Source: Clostridia bacterium (GTDB taxonomy: Bacteria; Bacillota; Clostridia; Oscillospirales; UBA644). Taken from it: DNA of 64,000 bases. Positions 1-8,503 of the stretch are shown piece by piece. Location of the stretch: positions 6,538 to 70,537 of the forward strand of contig JAGAOU010000039.1 of NCBI GenBank assembly GCA_017623595.1. The letters are read 5' to 3'. The stretch's first letter is position 1, and each line of letters opens with the position of its first letter. The position numbers and the translations under genes are program-made. The notes under the pieces were generated by a model. It had not been told where the DNA came from, made no database searches, and worked only from the letters and a program-made list of their open reading frames with translations.

Positions 1-1848
1 CCAGTTGCCGTAGGAGGGGTAATCCTCCCGAAGAATCATCCGATACGCCAGGTCGGAATAACCGAATTCAGACAATACATGGAAGATCACCCTTCCGCCC
101 AAAACGCCCAGATCGATGTGGTCTCCTGCGGCGCGAATCATTTCCAGCAAGCGGGAGAAGGCCGATTCCTTCTCTGTGTCATCAAACACGCCGTAAAACA
201 AACCCATGGCCTGGGAGGTCTGACATTCGCCCGAAATCTGCATTGATCTGTAATCAATCAGATTTTTTCGAATGGCATTGCGGTACTTTCGAGCTTCATT
301 CTTTGCAAAAGCGCCGTCTTCCGTTCGCCCGATGGCAAAGAGCATTTTTGCGATCTTGTTTGCAATGTCCATGGCCATGATCGAATCGGTTACAATCAGC
401 GGAGCTTTTGGCTTTTGACCGCCCACATGGCACCAGTCTCCCAATCCGATCGCAAGAAGTCCTTGCTCGGAGCAACGGGTTCTAAGATACCGTAAATAGG
501 CAACAAAGGAGTCTGCGGATTCCGAAATCATCTCGGTTTTGCCGCGATAAACATAGGTAAAATAAGGCAAATAGGCAAGTACGCAATCCCAGGCAGGGCC
601 GTTTCCCCAATGGAATCCCCAGCCTCCTGTGGGTACGATGCCGGGAAGAGCTCCGTCCTCCCGTTGGGCCTTGCAAATATTTCGCATCCATTCCCGATAA
701 TTCCGTTCCGGATCAAAGTTCAGAAGCGCCGCCTCACAGGATAACGCAGCATCTGCCGTCCAGCCGTTCTTTTCCCGCTGAGGACAGTCTGTGGGAAAAT
801 GATGAAAATTGGAAAGGATGCTCCTTCTCGTGATTTCCTGCAATCGTTCCGCCAAAACATCCGAGCAGAAAAAATCGCCCCGCGTGTGCAGATCGGTATG
901 GTAAACACAGTAGGTCAGAAGCTCCTCCGTCGCCTGCGCCTCTTCAATCCCGTCTACACGAACATAACGGAATCCGTGATAGGCAAAGGTGGGTTGGTAT
1001 TCCTCAATCCCTTCTCCCTTGCAGATGTATACGTCCCGATGAACAATGTGCTGATCCCGTTCCCAGTTGTGATGAAACCAGATCTGCCGCAGATCCGGAT
1101 CTCCGTCTGCCAGAGAATCCGCATGGCGCAGTTCAATGCGCTGTCCCTTGTTTCCTCGGATTTTCAGCCGACAGACCCCTGCATGAGAGGTCCCGAAATC
1201 ATAAATATAACTGTTCTGATGCTTCGTAATGCCGACGGGTTTGATTTCACGTTCCTTTATAATCGGTGCAACATCCGCAATGCGGAATTCTCCCTTCGGC
1301 GGCGTTGCCAACCGAGCCGTTCCCCAAGCGGAATCATCAAATTCCGTTCGATTCCATGCCGCGGTTTCGCAATTTGCATCATAAACCTCCCCAAAACGGT
1401 AATCGTCGCTTTTGATGGGGGATGGGAATACCCGAACACTTTCATCACCGACGGCAAGAATATTTCCTCGCCCGTCGGTCAGCTGAAAGGCTATCTTCGG
1501 CGCACTGCGGAACGACGCCTTGTCAAAATCCCAAACGTGCCCGCCCGGATTGTTCTGAAATCCGTTGCCCAACAAAATCCCCAGCACATTTTCCCCCGCC
1601 TCGGCAACCGCCTCGTAGCAGTCTCCGTAAACATAATCGTCCGTGTTGCTGATATAGGGCGACAAAAATCCTCTCGTGATCCGTTCTCCGTTAAAGTACA
1701 ATTCGTAAAATCCGCAGACCGCAACGGTGATCTTCACCTGTTGTTTTGCGTCACATCGAAAGCTTTTTCGGAAATAATATGCGGGAACGGGAGTTTCAAA
1801 GGTATTGAATTCTTCCGTCGCTTGAATAAACGCACTTTTCAACTTCAT
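1..1848 (-). CDS. alpha-L-rhamnosidase, GH78 family (N-terminal 616 codons; the C-terminus lies beyond the left window edge)
   Basis: The minus-strand frame is uninterrupted from ATG 1848..1846 (RBS AAGGAG 7 nt upstream) to nt 1. It is absent from the ORF track only because it has no in-window stop. Hand translation gives MKLKSAFIQATEEFNTFETPVPAYYFRKSF... and ...HHFPTDCPQREKNGWTADA..., the latter a conserved GH78 catalytic-domain signature. The plus ORF 799..2016 is its antisense shadow. Confidence 0.85.
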   Translation of the reverse strand, partial: MKLKSAFIQATEEFNTFETPVPAYYFRKSFRCDAKQQVKITVAVCGFYELYFNGERITRGFLSPYISNTDDYVYGDCYEAVAEAGENVLGILLGNGFQNNPGGHVWDFDKASFRSAPKIAFQLTDGRGNILAVGDESVRVFPSPIKSDDYRFGEVYDANCETAAWNRTEFDDSAWGTARLATPPKGEFRIADVAPIIKEREIKPVGITKHQNSYIYDFGTSHAGVCRLKIRGNKGQRIELRHADSLADGDPDLRQIWFHHNWERDQHIVHRDVYICKGEGIEEYQPTFAYHGFRYVRVDGIEEAQATEELLTYCVYHTDLHTRGDFFCSDVLAERLQEITRRSILSNFHHFPTDCPQREKNGWTADAALSCEAALLNFDPERNYREWMRNICKAQREDGALPGIVPTGGWGFHWGNGPAWDCVLAYLPYFTYVYRGKTEMISESADSFVAYLRYLRTRCSEQGLLAIGLGDWCHVGGQKPKAPLIVTDSIMAMDIANKIAKMLFAIGRTEDGAFAKNEARKYRNAIRKNLIDYRSMQISGECQTSQAMGLFYGVFDDTEKESAFSRLLEMIRAAGDHIDLGVLGGRVIFHVLSEFGYSDLAYRMILREDYPSYGNW

Positions 1849-1902
1849 GGCGGAACTCCTTTTGATCGTTTTCGGTTTGGTCATCGCTCATTGCTTGTTC
1901 TT

Positions 1903-1931
1903 ATTATACACAAAAAAACGCTCCGTGTCAA
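1903..1931 (-). promoter_or_regulatory. SigA-type promoter for the rhamnosidase gene
   Basis: -35 TTGACA (1931..1926), 17-bp spacer, -10 TATAAT (1908..1903). The -35 lies in the loop of the terminator hairpin at 1918..1945. Confidence 0.6.
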
Positions 1932-1950
1932 TTTACACGAAGCGTTTTTT
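1912..1950. terminator. Bidirectional-looking intrinsic terminator (ends the 1967..2431 gene)
   Basis: 10-bp stem 1918..1927 / 1936..1945 (one G-U pair on the minus-strand RNA), 8-nt loop, A-run 1912..1918 and T-run 1946..1950. Confidence 0.6.
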
Positions 1951-1966
1951 ATAAAAAAGTCGGGAT

Positions 1967-2431
1967 TTATGCGTAGACAAAGTAGAGCGAAACGGCGAGG
2001 AGGGTTGAGATTGTGATGCCGACGGCGGCGGTGATGATCCACGGTGCGCGGCGGGGATAGCAGGATTCTTTCACTTTAAAGGCGATCTGAGGAACAACAC
2101 ACATGAGATCGTAGTATATCAGGGTCAAGGTGGTGATGCGGGAGATGAAGCCCATGGAGGTTAGTACAATAAAGAAAATGACCGTTCCTGTCAGATACAT
2201 CAGAATATAACGCATTGCATTGACTATATGGGCAAATTTCTCCATGTCAAGCACATTTTCTTTGATGTATGCCCACATGGCAACGTGAATCCAGTGAAGA
2301 ATTGTGGTAGGCACAATTGCGATGGGGCAGAAGATTGCCAGTCTGACAATGTCATCCATCAAAAGGGCAACGAGAATCGGTATCAGCGTGTATACCGCAA
2401 GCAGCAGCTTGATTCGAAAAGGTTGCTTCAT
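1967..2431 (-). CDS. hypothetical integral membrane protein (154 aa, about 4-5 TM segments)
   Basis: ORF with RBS GAAAGGAG 7 nt upstream of ATG 2431. Hydrophobic helices run throughout. It has its own promoter at 2479..2507. No recognisable family motif. Confidence 0.7.
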   Translation of the reverse strand: MKQPFRIKLLLAVYTLIPILVALLMDDIVRLAIFCPIAIVPTTILHWIHVAMWAYIKENVLDMEKFAHIVNAMRYILMYLTGTVIFFIVLTSMGFISRITTLTLIYYDLMCVVPQIAFKVKESCYPRRAPWIITAAVGITISTLLAVSLYFVYA

Positions 2432-2456
2432 CCAAGATCTCCTTTCGGTGGATATA

Positions 2457-2502
2457 AAGAATCCCCTCTTATGGCCTTATTATAGCATAAAAGGGGATTC
2501 TT
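2457..2502 (-). terminator. Terminator-like hairpin after the ATPase operon
   Basis: Arms 2457..2470 / 2489..2502 (core GAATCCCCT/AGGGGATTC, one mismatch), 18-nt loop, U-rich tail on the minus strand. The loop and arm carry the next promoter. Confidence 0.45.
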
Positions 2503-2507
2503 GTCAA
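2479..2507 (-). promoter_or_regulatory. SigA-type promoter for the 154-aa membrane protein gene
   Basis: -35 TTGACA (2507..2502), 17-bp spacer, extended -10 TGcTATAAT (-10 at 2484..2479). Confidence 0.6.
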
Positions 2508-2511
2508 GTAA

Positions 2512-4446
2512 TTATTCTTTTGGTTCTTCGGGTTGATTTTCCTGATTAAGCTTGAGAATGCGGGAACTGTTCAGAATCACAACGAAGGCTCCGATGTTGT
2601 GGAGAATCGAACCTGCAAGGACGCTGATGACGCCGAAGGAGGAGAGGACGATCATCAAAAAGCTGATTCCGAGGGACAGCCCCAGGTTCTGATATATAAT
2701 CTTACGTGTGCGTTTTGCCAGGGTGATGGCAAAGGGGATGTTCATCAGATTGTCGCTCATCAGTGCGATATCTGCCGATTGAATGGCCAGATCCGACCCG
2801 ATGGCTCCCATGGCAATCCCCACGTGGGCTTCCTTCAGGGCAAGGGCATCGTTGATGCCGTCGCCGATGGCCAGAACACAGCGGTTTTTCTTGATTTCGC
2901 GGATAGAGTCCAGCTTGTCTTCGGGCAAAAGTTGGGCTTTCCATTCCTCGATCCCCGTTTCGCGACTGATTTTTTCAGCGACTTCGGGGCGGTCTCCCGT
3001 CAGCATAACGAACTGTTCGATGTCCAGTTTTTTCAGTGCATCAATGGCATCCTTTGCATCGGGGCGGGCGGTATCGTTAAAGCAAAGAGCGCCCAAAAGA
3101 TTGTTGTTTTCTGTGACATAGCTTACCGAGCCGAAGCAGCGGTTTTTGATTTCTTCGGGGATTTCAATGCCCAGCGTACTCAGCCAGCCCTCGTTTCCGA
3201 AGCGCAGGATTCTGCCGTCGGTATGCACCGCTTCCAGACCTTTCCCCGAAACTTCTCGTACTGTATATCCTTCCGCCGAGATTTCCCGTCCCTCCGCGGC
3301 GGCAACCACGGCTTGGGAGATGGGATGGGTGGAGTGATTTGCCGGCAGCAGGGCAGCGTCGAGCAGGGCTTCATCCGCCACCCCCTCTGCGCAGATGCGG
3401 TCTGTCAGGGACAGATTTCCCTTGGTGATGGTTCCCGTTTTGTCGAAGACTACCGCATCAATGGCGTTCGTTTCTTCCAGGAACTTGGAGTTTTTGATCA
3501 GAATCCCCCGTTTGGTCGCCACCGAAAGGGAAGCGATCATGGGTGCCGAGCTGACCAGCATTTGCCCGCAGGGGCAGGACACCACCAAAATGGCAATTGC
3601 TTTGGACAGATCGGAGGTGAAGAGGGCCACCGCCCCCGCAAGGGCAAGGACGAAGGGAATGTAATACATCATAAAGCGGTCGATCAGACGGGATTCGGGG
3701 ACAGCGATGCGCTCCGCTTTTTCCAGGAAGGTAAGAATATGGGAGAAGGATGTGTCCACGAATTCTTTCTGCACCTCGACGGTAATGGGCGAGTCCAGGT
3801 TGACCGTGCCCGCATAGACGGGGGATCCCACCGTCACATGCACCGATTCCGGTTCACCGGTAAGGGATTTTTGGTCGATATGGGATTCTCCCCCGATGAC
3901 AACTCCGTCAATGGGCACGCCTGCACCGGGTTTGACCAGGATCTTCTGCCCGATTTTCAAGGTCTTGCTGTCAACACGGGTTTCTTCTCCGTTTTCCAGC
4001 AGAATGGCGGAGCTTTGTTGCATTTGACGCAGACCGTCGATGATGTCCCGTCCCCCCACAATGCTTCGCTCTTCCAAAAAGTGGGCAATGTTCAGAATCA
4101 GGGGGATCATGGCGGAGAGAATCAGCTCGCCCGAAATGTAGCAGGCGAGAATGGCGATGGAAACCAGCATTTCCATGGCGTTTGTGAAATCGCGGGAGAA
4201 AATTCCCTTGATTGCCGCAATGAACACCGGAATTCCTTCCACCAAAAAGCCTATGGTATACAAAAGGGGCGCAACTATCGGCAGGCTTGGGATGAGAAAT
4301 TCATAGATCAGGCCGACGGCAATGCAGATCAGGGTGACGGCGGCAGAGATAATCTCTTTTTTCAGTTGTCTGCGTTTGGAACGGCTGAGATTGGTGCGGG
4401 AGAGCGCTTCCAAATTGTCCGCGCCTGCGTGACTGATATTTTTCAT
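2512..4446 (-). CDS. P1B-type (heavy-metal-type) cation-translocating P-type ATPase without an N-terminal HMA domain
   Basis: 644 aa. Motifs seen: TGEP (A domain), SCPC in TM4, FDKTGTIT phosphorylation site, STHPIS (HP motif), MLTGD, GDGINDALAL. Four TM segments precede the A domain. Confidence 0.9.
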   Translation of the reverse strand: MKNISHAGADNLEALSRTNLSRSKRRQLKKEIISAAVTLICIAVGLIYEFLIPSLPIVAPLLYTIGFLVEGIPVFIAAIKGIFSRDFTNAMEMLVSIAILACYISGELILSAMIPLILNIAHFLEERSIVGGRDIIDGLRQMQQSSAILLENGEETRVDSKTLKIGQKILVKPGAGVPIDGVVIGGESHIDQKSLTGEPESVHVTVGSPVYAGTVNLDSPITVEVQKEFVDTSFSHILTFLEKAERIAVPESRLIDRFMMYYIPFVLALAGAVALFTSDLSKAIAILVVSCPCGQMLVSSAPMIASLSVATKRGILIKNSKFLEETNAIDAVVFDKTGTITKGNLSLTDRICAEGVADEALLDAALLPANHSTHPISQAVVAAAEGREISAEGYTVREVSGKGLEAVHTDGRILRFGNEGWLSTLGIEIPEEIKNRCFGSVSYVTENNNLLGALCFNDTARPDAKDAIDALKKLDIEQFVMLTGDRPEVAEKISRETGIEEWKAQLLPEDKLDSIREIKKNRCVLAIGDGINDALALKEAHVGIAMGAIGSDLAIQSADIALMSDNLMNIPFAITLAKRTRKIIYQNLGLSLGISFLMIVLSSFGVISVLAGSILHNIGAFVVILNSSRILKLNQENQPEEPKE

Positions 4447-4455
4447 AGCGTTTTT

Positions 4456-5400
4456 TTATTCCCATTCAATAAAGATTTTTCCGTCACCGTCGTCTACCAG
4501 GCGTACCTGTCCGATGACCGCCAAGGCCTTTGCCATTTTCTCGTTGTAAATGCGGGCCTTGACGCTTGCGGGTGCGGCGTTGTATTCTTCCAGGATGCCC
4601 CAAAATTCCGAGAGATCGGATTTTGCACCGGAAACGGCGGTGGCATAACTGCTGTTTGCGGTGGAGATTACGGAGCTTGCCACCGATTCCGCATAGGGAA
4701 TAACCGTGTTGTAATATTGCTGTGCCCCTTCCAAAAGGGTGCTTGCTTCTACTGTGGCTGCGTTGACGTTTTCATATACGTCCCTCACCTCTTCGGGCAT
4801 GGATACGTTGGTTAATTCCAGCGCCTGCAGGGAAACACCCATGCCCGCTTCGTCCAGCTTGCGTTGCGATTCTCGGATAACATCTGCGGCGTAGGTCTCC
4901 TTGCCCGAGGTCAGAATATCGTCCACGGGGGTGATGGCGGCCTTCTCCAGCATGGCGTTGCTGACGCAGGCATCAATGACCGAAGAAACCTCGTTGACAT
5001 ACAGAGCATAGGCAACGGGATCGGAAATGATATATTTGACCGATGCGCTGATCAAAGCGATGTTTTGGTCTCCCGTGATTACGTAGCCGCTGTTGCTCCA
5101 TTTGTCGATGGTTCCGTCCGTGTAGTGGGTGGTTACGGTTTGTTGAATCACACTTCCCACGGGGACGGTTACCACCTCATCGATGAAATAGGGGAAGCAG
5201 AGCAGAAGTCCCGGGTTGTGGATCTGCTCCTCGGGGGTGTCACCCACAATCTTGCCGAAGCGCAGCACCATTGCAACCTCACCGCTTTTTACAATACGAA
5301 CCCCCGAAAAGGCGATGCAAAGAAGAACGATGATGATCAGTACCACAAAACAGCGGGAAACTGTGGTAAGAATATCTTCCAACAGGGTCTTTTTCTTCAT
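4456..5400 (-). CDS. SPFH/band-7 domain protein (HflK/HflC-like), single N-terminal TM
   Basis: 314 aa. One TM is followed by VRIVKSGEVAMVLRFGKIVG... (SPFH core) and an Ala/Glu-rich C-terminal helix. The start ATG overlaps the upstream stop (TAATG at 5398..5402). RBS GGGAGGA. Confidence 0.8.
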   Translation of the reverse strand: MKKKTLLEDILTTVSRCFVVLIIIVLLCIAFSGVRIVKSGEVAMVLRFGKIVGDTPEEQIHNPGLLLCFPYFIDEVVTVPVGSVIQQTVTTHYTDGTIDKWSNSGYVITGDQNIALISASVKYIISDPVAYALYVNEVSSVIDACVSNAMLEKAAITPVDDILTSGKETYAADVIRESQRKLDEAGMGVSLQALELTNVSMPEEVRDVYENVNAATVEASTLLEGAQQYYNTVIPYAESVASSVISTANSSYATAVSGAKSDLSEFWGILEEYNAAPASVKARIYNEKMAKALAVIGQVRLVDDGDGKIFIEWE

Positions 5401-6470
5401 TATCGGGTTCCTCCCTGTTCCCGAAGGAGTTCGTAGATGGCATCGATCAACGCCTTACGGTCGTTTTCGGGCAAACGGGTGAGAATGTATTCCAGATCGC
5501 TGACTACAGTTTGATTGTCCTCTCCGGAAAGAGAACTGCCGTATTCCAGAAGCACGTTGAAGGGATATGTGTCGGAGGTGACCACCAGAACGGTATTGTT
5601 GGATACGGAGGATACGATGGTGTCCAGCTCCTTGAGAAACTGGTAGAGCTCCAGATTTGCGGATTGGGCTTCCGCATAGATCTTGGCCACCTCCGCCTCG
5701 GTCCGGGCGTAGATTTCAGCGGCTTCGATTTCCGCTTTGGAGATGATTTCCGCATAATAAGCGTCGGTGTCGGAGGTTATGATGTCTGCATCTCTCTGCG
5801 CCTGGGCGATGATGCTGTCAATATCCTTCTGACGGTCGGCACGCATTTGTGCAAAGACGCTTTCCAGGTTGTTGTCGGGCAGGGAAATGCGCAGGATGCT
5901 GATGTTGTCTACGGTAATTCCGTAGCTCTTTTCGCAGTTATCCTTGACCATGGTGTAGATCTTATTCTGAATTTCATCGTAGCGGATCTCTTCCGATACC
6001 AGCGACACCAGCGCCGACAGATTGTAAGAGCCGAGAACGCTGTTTGTGGCGTTGAAGATCTGATCGTTGATGTAGGATTCCACCTTTTCCCTGGATCCGA
6101 TGCTGTTGTGGAACAGAAGGGGATCCTTTACCGACCACAGAGCATAGGATTGGAGGATGATGTTGCGGTTGTCCTTGGTGGTGGTTTCCAAGGAATTGGA
6201 TTCCAGATATTGCAGACGGCTGTCATAGGTGGTTACCGTCTCGAAGGGCCAGGGCAGTTTGAAATAGAGCCCTGCCTCCGTGATTTCCGCACGGGGCGCA
6301 CCAAAGCGCAGAATGACGGCGCTGGTTCCTTCCCGTACTTCGCAGGTGAATCCGAAGTATCCCACGACCAGCAGCAGAACAAGTGCGATAATTCCCTTCA
6401 GCCAGGTATAAGAGGGCTTCTTTTCGGGGGCCTGAGGTTCGTTTGTGATTTGATTGGGTTCTTTATTCAT
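5400..6470 (-). CDS. SPFH/band-7 domain protein, HflC-like, single N-terminal TM
   Basis: The ORF track starts at TTG 6479, but ATG 6470 sits 9 nt after RBS AAGAGGA. Seen: VREGTSAVILRFGAPRAEITEAGLYFKLPWPFETV (SPFH core) and an AEIEAAEIYARTEAEVAKIYAEAQ coiled-coil region typical of HflC. Confidence 0.85.
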   Translation of the reverse strand: MNKEPNQITNEPQAPEKKPSYTWLKGIIALVLLLVVGYFGFTCEVREGTSAVILRFGAPRAEITEAGLYFKLPWPFETVTTYDSRLQYLESNSLETTTKDNRNIILQSYALWSVKDPLLFHNSIGSREKVESYINDQIFNATNSVLGSYNLSALVSLVSEEIRYDEIQNKIYTMVKDNCEKSYGITVDNISILRISLPDNNLESVFAQMRADRQKDIDSIIAQAQRDADIITSDTDAYYAEIISKAEIEAAEIYARTEAEVAKIYAEAQSANLELYQFLKELDTIVSSVSNNTVLVVTSDTYPFNVLLEYGSSLSGEDNQTVVSDLEYILTRLPENDRKALIDAIYELLREQGGTR

Positions 6471-6500
6471 AATCGGCAATCCTCTTTGTTTTTCTCTCGT

Positions 6501-8315
6501 TTATTCCGTGATGAAGTTTCCGTAATACAGGCGGGATCCGTCCACGCCGTCCCCGAGAATGATCAGTTTCGAGTTCTGATATGCGGAACCGATGGCTTTC
6601 AAATAGCGATAGTAGGCATATTCCGAGGGGTAGGTTTCGGAGGCTTCCACGGCGGCGATGAATTCGGAGATTTCTTTCTTGGCCAAAGCAATGCGGGCAC
6701 AGTAGTCGATGTTCGCCTCGTTGATGGTTTCGTAGTAGGTGGTTTCGCCTTCGGCAATCTTAACTGCGGCGGCGGCTTCTGCCACAAGGATCATTTCCTC
6801 TGCGTTGATCTCTGCACCGATAAAGGCTTGATATACCTCCGCTACGTCCACGGGGGGATGGATGCTTTCCAAAATGACATTGATGACTTCCAGTCCCGAA
6901 TCGAAGGAATCCATGGATGTGACCAGCTCTTCCTTCAGGGAGACTGCGAAGGTTTCCCGATTGGTTGCAAGGATGGTTTCCAGGTCGGCGCTTATGGTGC
7001 GGTCGGTGACCAACTCATAGGCCTTCGCCTGCAGCAGCTGTTCGGGGGATGCGGTGCTCTTTAAATATTTGTAGAGATCCTTGATGCGATATTCCACCCG
7101 CAGGTTGATGGAGACAAGCTCATTACCGCTTCCTAGCAGCAGCTTATACTCACTGTCGCCGTGGGCCTCGGTCCAGACGTTGTCGCTGTTTTCTGTGGCC
7201 TTGTATCCGATGGTCACCTTGTTGATGGTTTCGGTGTCGTAGATTTCGGTTTTGTCAAAGGGGTAGGGAAGGGTTAGGTGCAATCCGGGAGCGAGGGGCT
7301 CTTCCTGCAGTGTTCCCAAACGGTATACCGCACCCTGCTGGTGGGATTGGACGTAGATCAGACCCGTGGCCATCCAGAACAGTACCACGCCGCCCAGCAC
7401 GGCATAGGGTAGGATTTTTCGGATGTACTTCATGCTCCAGAGACTGCGCAGGGTGATCCCCGTGTTTTTCTCCAAAAAGGACAGCACCGAAAGCTCTTTG
7501 ATGTCGGCCTGCAGGAAGGGGAGAAGAATCACAATGCCGGGGGCAGTGCCCAACTCCTTGCGGATCATGCGTATGGTCAGGGAGAAGATCACCATGGCTC
7601 CCACATAATAGAAGAGGATGGCGAGTCCGTATCTCAGGTAGATCTGAATGTTGCCCAGGTTCAGAAGCTCCAGGGTCAGGGAAAGGGCAAGGAAGACCAG
7701 AATCAGCTTGGTCAGCGCAAAGAAGGAGCTTGCGTTGCGCAGAAGCATGGCGCTGAAGGTGTCCTCGGTTTCGGCGTGGTTGCACATTTTCCCCAACACA
7801 ATCGCGCCCACAAACATGGCGGCGATCAGGGCGAGATGCCAATATGCCACCGTCTCAAGGATCGGGGGACTGGCCAGAAAATATCCGAACAGAACCAGAC
7901 AGATCAGCAACACATCCGCCAACAAAAACATCTGAACGGGACGGTAAATGCGGCAGAGGGTATTGTACATGTCGTCAGGATTCTTGGCCGATTTCTTTTT
8001 CTTTGCTTTTTTGCGCAACAGAGATTTTTTCGTTTTCTCGGAGGGCTGCGTTTCGACTTCTTCCGGTGAAGGCATTTCCTCCGGGGGAGGCGGTGTTTCT
8101 GTGGTCTCTGCTGCGGGCACGATCCTTTTCGGCTCAAAGCAGAAGAGCAGCAGGATGAGATTCACCGTGGCAAGCATCAGCAGGAAAATTCCGCTTAATT
8201 GGTACAGGCGGCATTGGCTCAACCAGTACATCAAAAACAGAATTCCTGCGTACAGGAACAGGCTTCCCGTTGACCATGCACAGGCGGTGAGGGAATTGCG
8301 TCGGTTTTGTTTCAT
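6501..8315 (-). CDS. polytopic membrane protein with a C-terminal SPFH/band-7 (HflK-like) domain
   Basis: 604 aa, RBS GGAGG. The N-terminal ~330 aa has at least 7 hydrophobic segments plus a Pro/Glu- then Lys-rich linker (aa 67-115). The C-terminal half has AVYRLGTLQEEPLAPGLHLTLPYPFDK... (SPFH core). Confidence 0.8.
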   Translation of the reverse strand: MKQNRRNSLTACAWSTGSLFLYAGILFLMYWLSQCRLYQLSGIFLLMLATVNLILLLFCFEPKRIVPAAETTETPPPPEEMPSPEEVETQPSEKTKKSLLRKKAKKKKSAKNPDDMYNTLCRIYRPVQMFLLADVLLICLVLFGYFLASPPILETVAYWHLALIAAMFVGAIVLGKMCNHAETEDTFSAMLLRNASSFFALTKLILVFLALSLTLELLNLGNIQIYLRYGLAILFYYVGAMVIFSLTIRMIRKELGTAPGIVILLPFLQADIKELSVLSFLEKNTGITLRSLWSMKYIRKILPYAVLGGVVLFWMATGLIYVQSHQQGAVYRLGTLQEEPLAPGLHLTLPYPFDKTEIYDTETINKVTIGYKATENSDNVWTEAHGDSEYKLLLGSGNELVSINLRVEYRIKDLYKYLKSTASPEQLLQAKAYELVTDRTISADLETILATNRETFAVSLKEELVTSMDSFDSGLEVINVILESIHPPVDVAEVYQAFIGAEINAEEMILVAEAAAAVKIAEGETTYYETINEANIDYCARIALAKKEISEFIAAVEASETYPSEYAYYRYLKAIGSAYQNSKLIILGDGVDGSRLYYGNFITE

Positions 8316-8371
8316 GTAAAGCCTCCGAACATCAGGTTTAACATATGCAGAGAAGTTATATATACAGAATC

Positions 8372-8400
8372 AGTATAGCATCCCCAAAGAAAAAAGTCAA
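8372..8400 (-). promoter_or_regulatory. SigA-type promoter of the SPFH-ATPase operon
   Basis: -35 TTGACT (8400..8395), 17-bp spacer, extended -10 TGcTATACT (-10 at 8377..8372). Confidence 0.6.
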
Positions 8401-8456
8401 GAATCATAGAAAAAGTTTGCGAAAGTTTTTACAGAGCTGACGATTTTTTTAGGAAT

Positions 8457-8494
8457 GGAAAAAAGTACCGCGATGAAGTACGTTCATCGCGGTA
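8457..8494 (-). terminator. Intrinsic terminator of pepF
   Basis: 12-bp perfect stem TACCGCGATGAA (8466..8477) / TTCATCGCGGTA (8483..8494), followed on the minus strand by a T-run (plus-strand A-run 8459..8464). Confidence 0.8.
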
Positions 8495-8503
8495 GGTGAT
8501 TTC

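Noticed and set aside
2533-4815. 760-aa plus-strand ORF overlapping the ATPase and SPFH genes
   Set aside because: It is an antisense shadow of well-supported minus-strand genes. Its composition is Gly/Asp/Val/His/Gln-rich with no motifs and no RBS. The same holds for 5511..7064, 8753..10582 and 799..2016.
7971-8120. Low-complexity Pro/Glu/Lys-coding stretch as a DNA tandem repeat or CRISPR-like array
   Set aside because: There is no repeated DNA unit with regular spacing. It is an in-frame charged linker of the 604-aa SPFH protein. Likewise, the S/T-rich region at about 47150..47400 is compositional rather than a nucleotide repeat.
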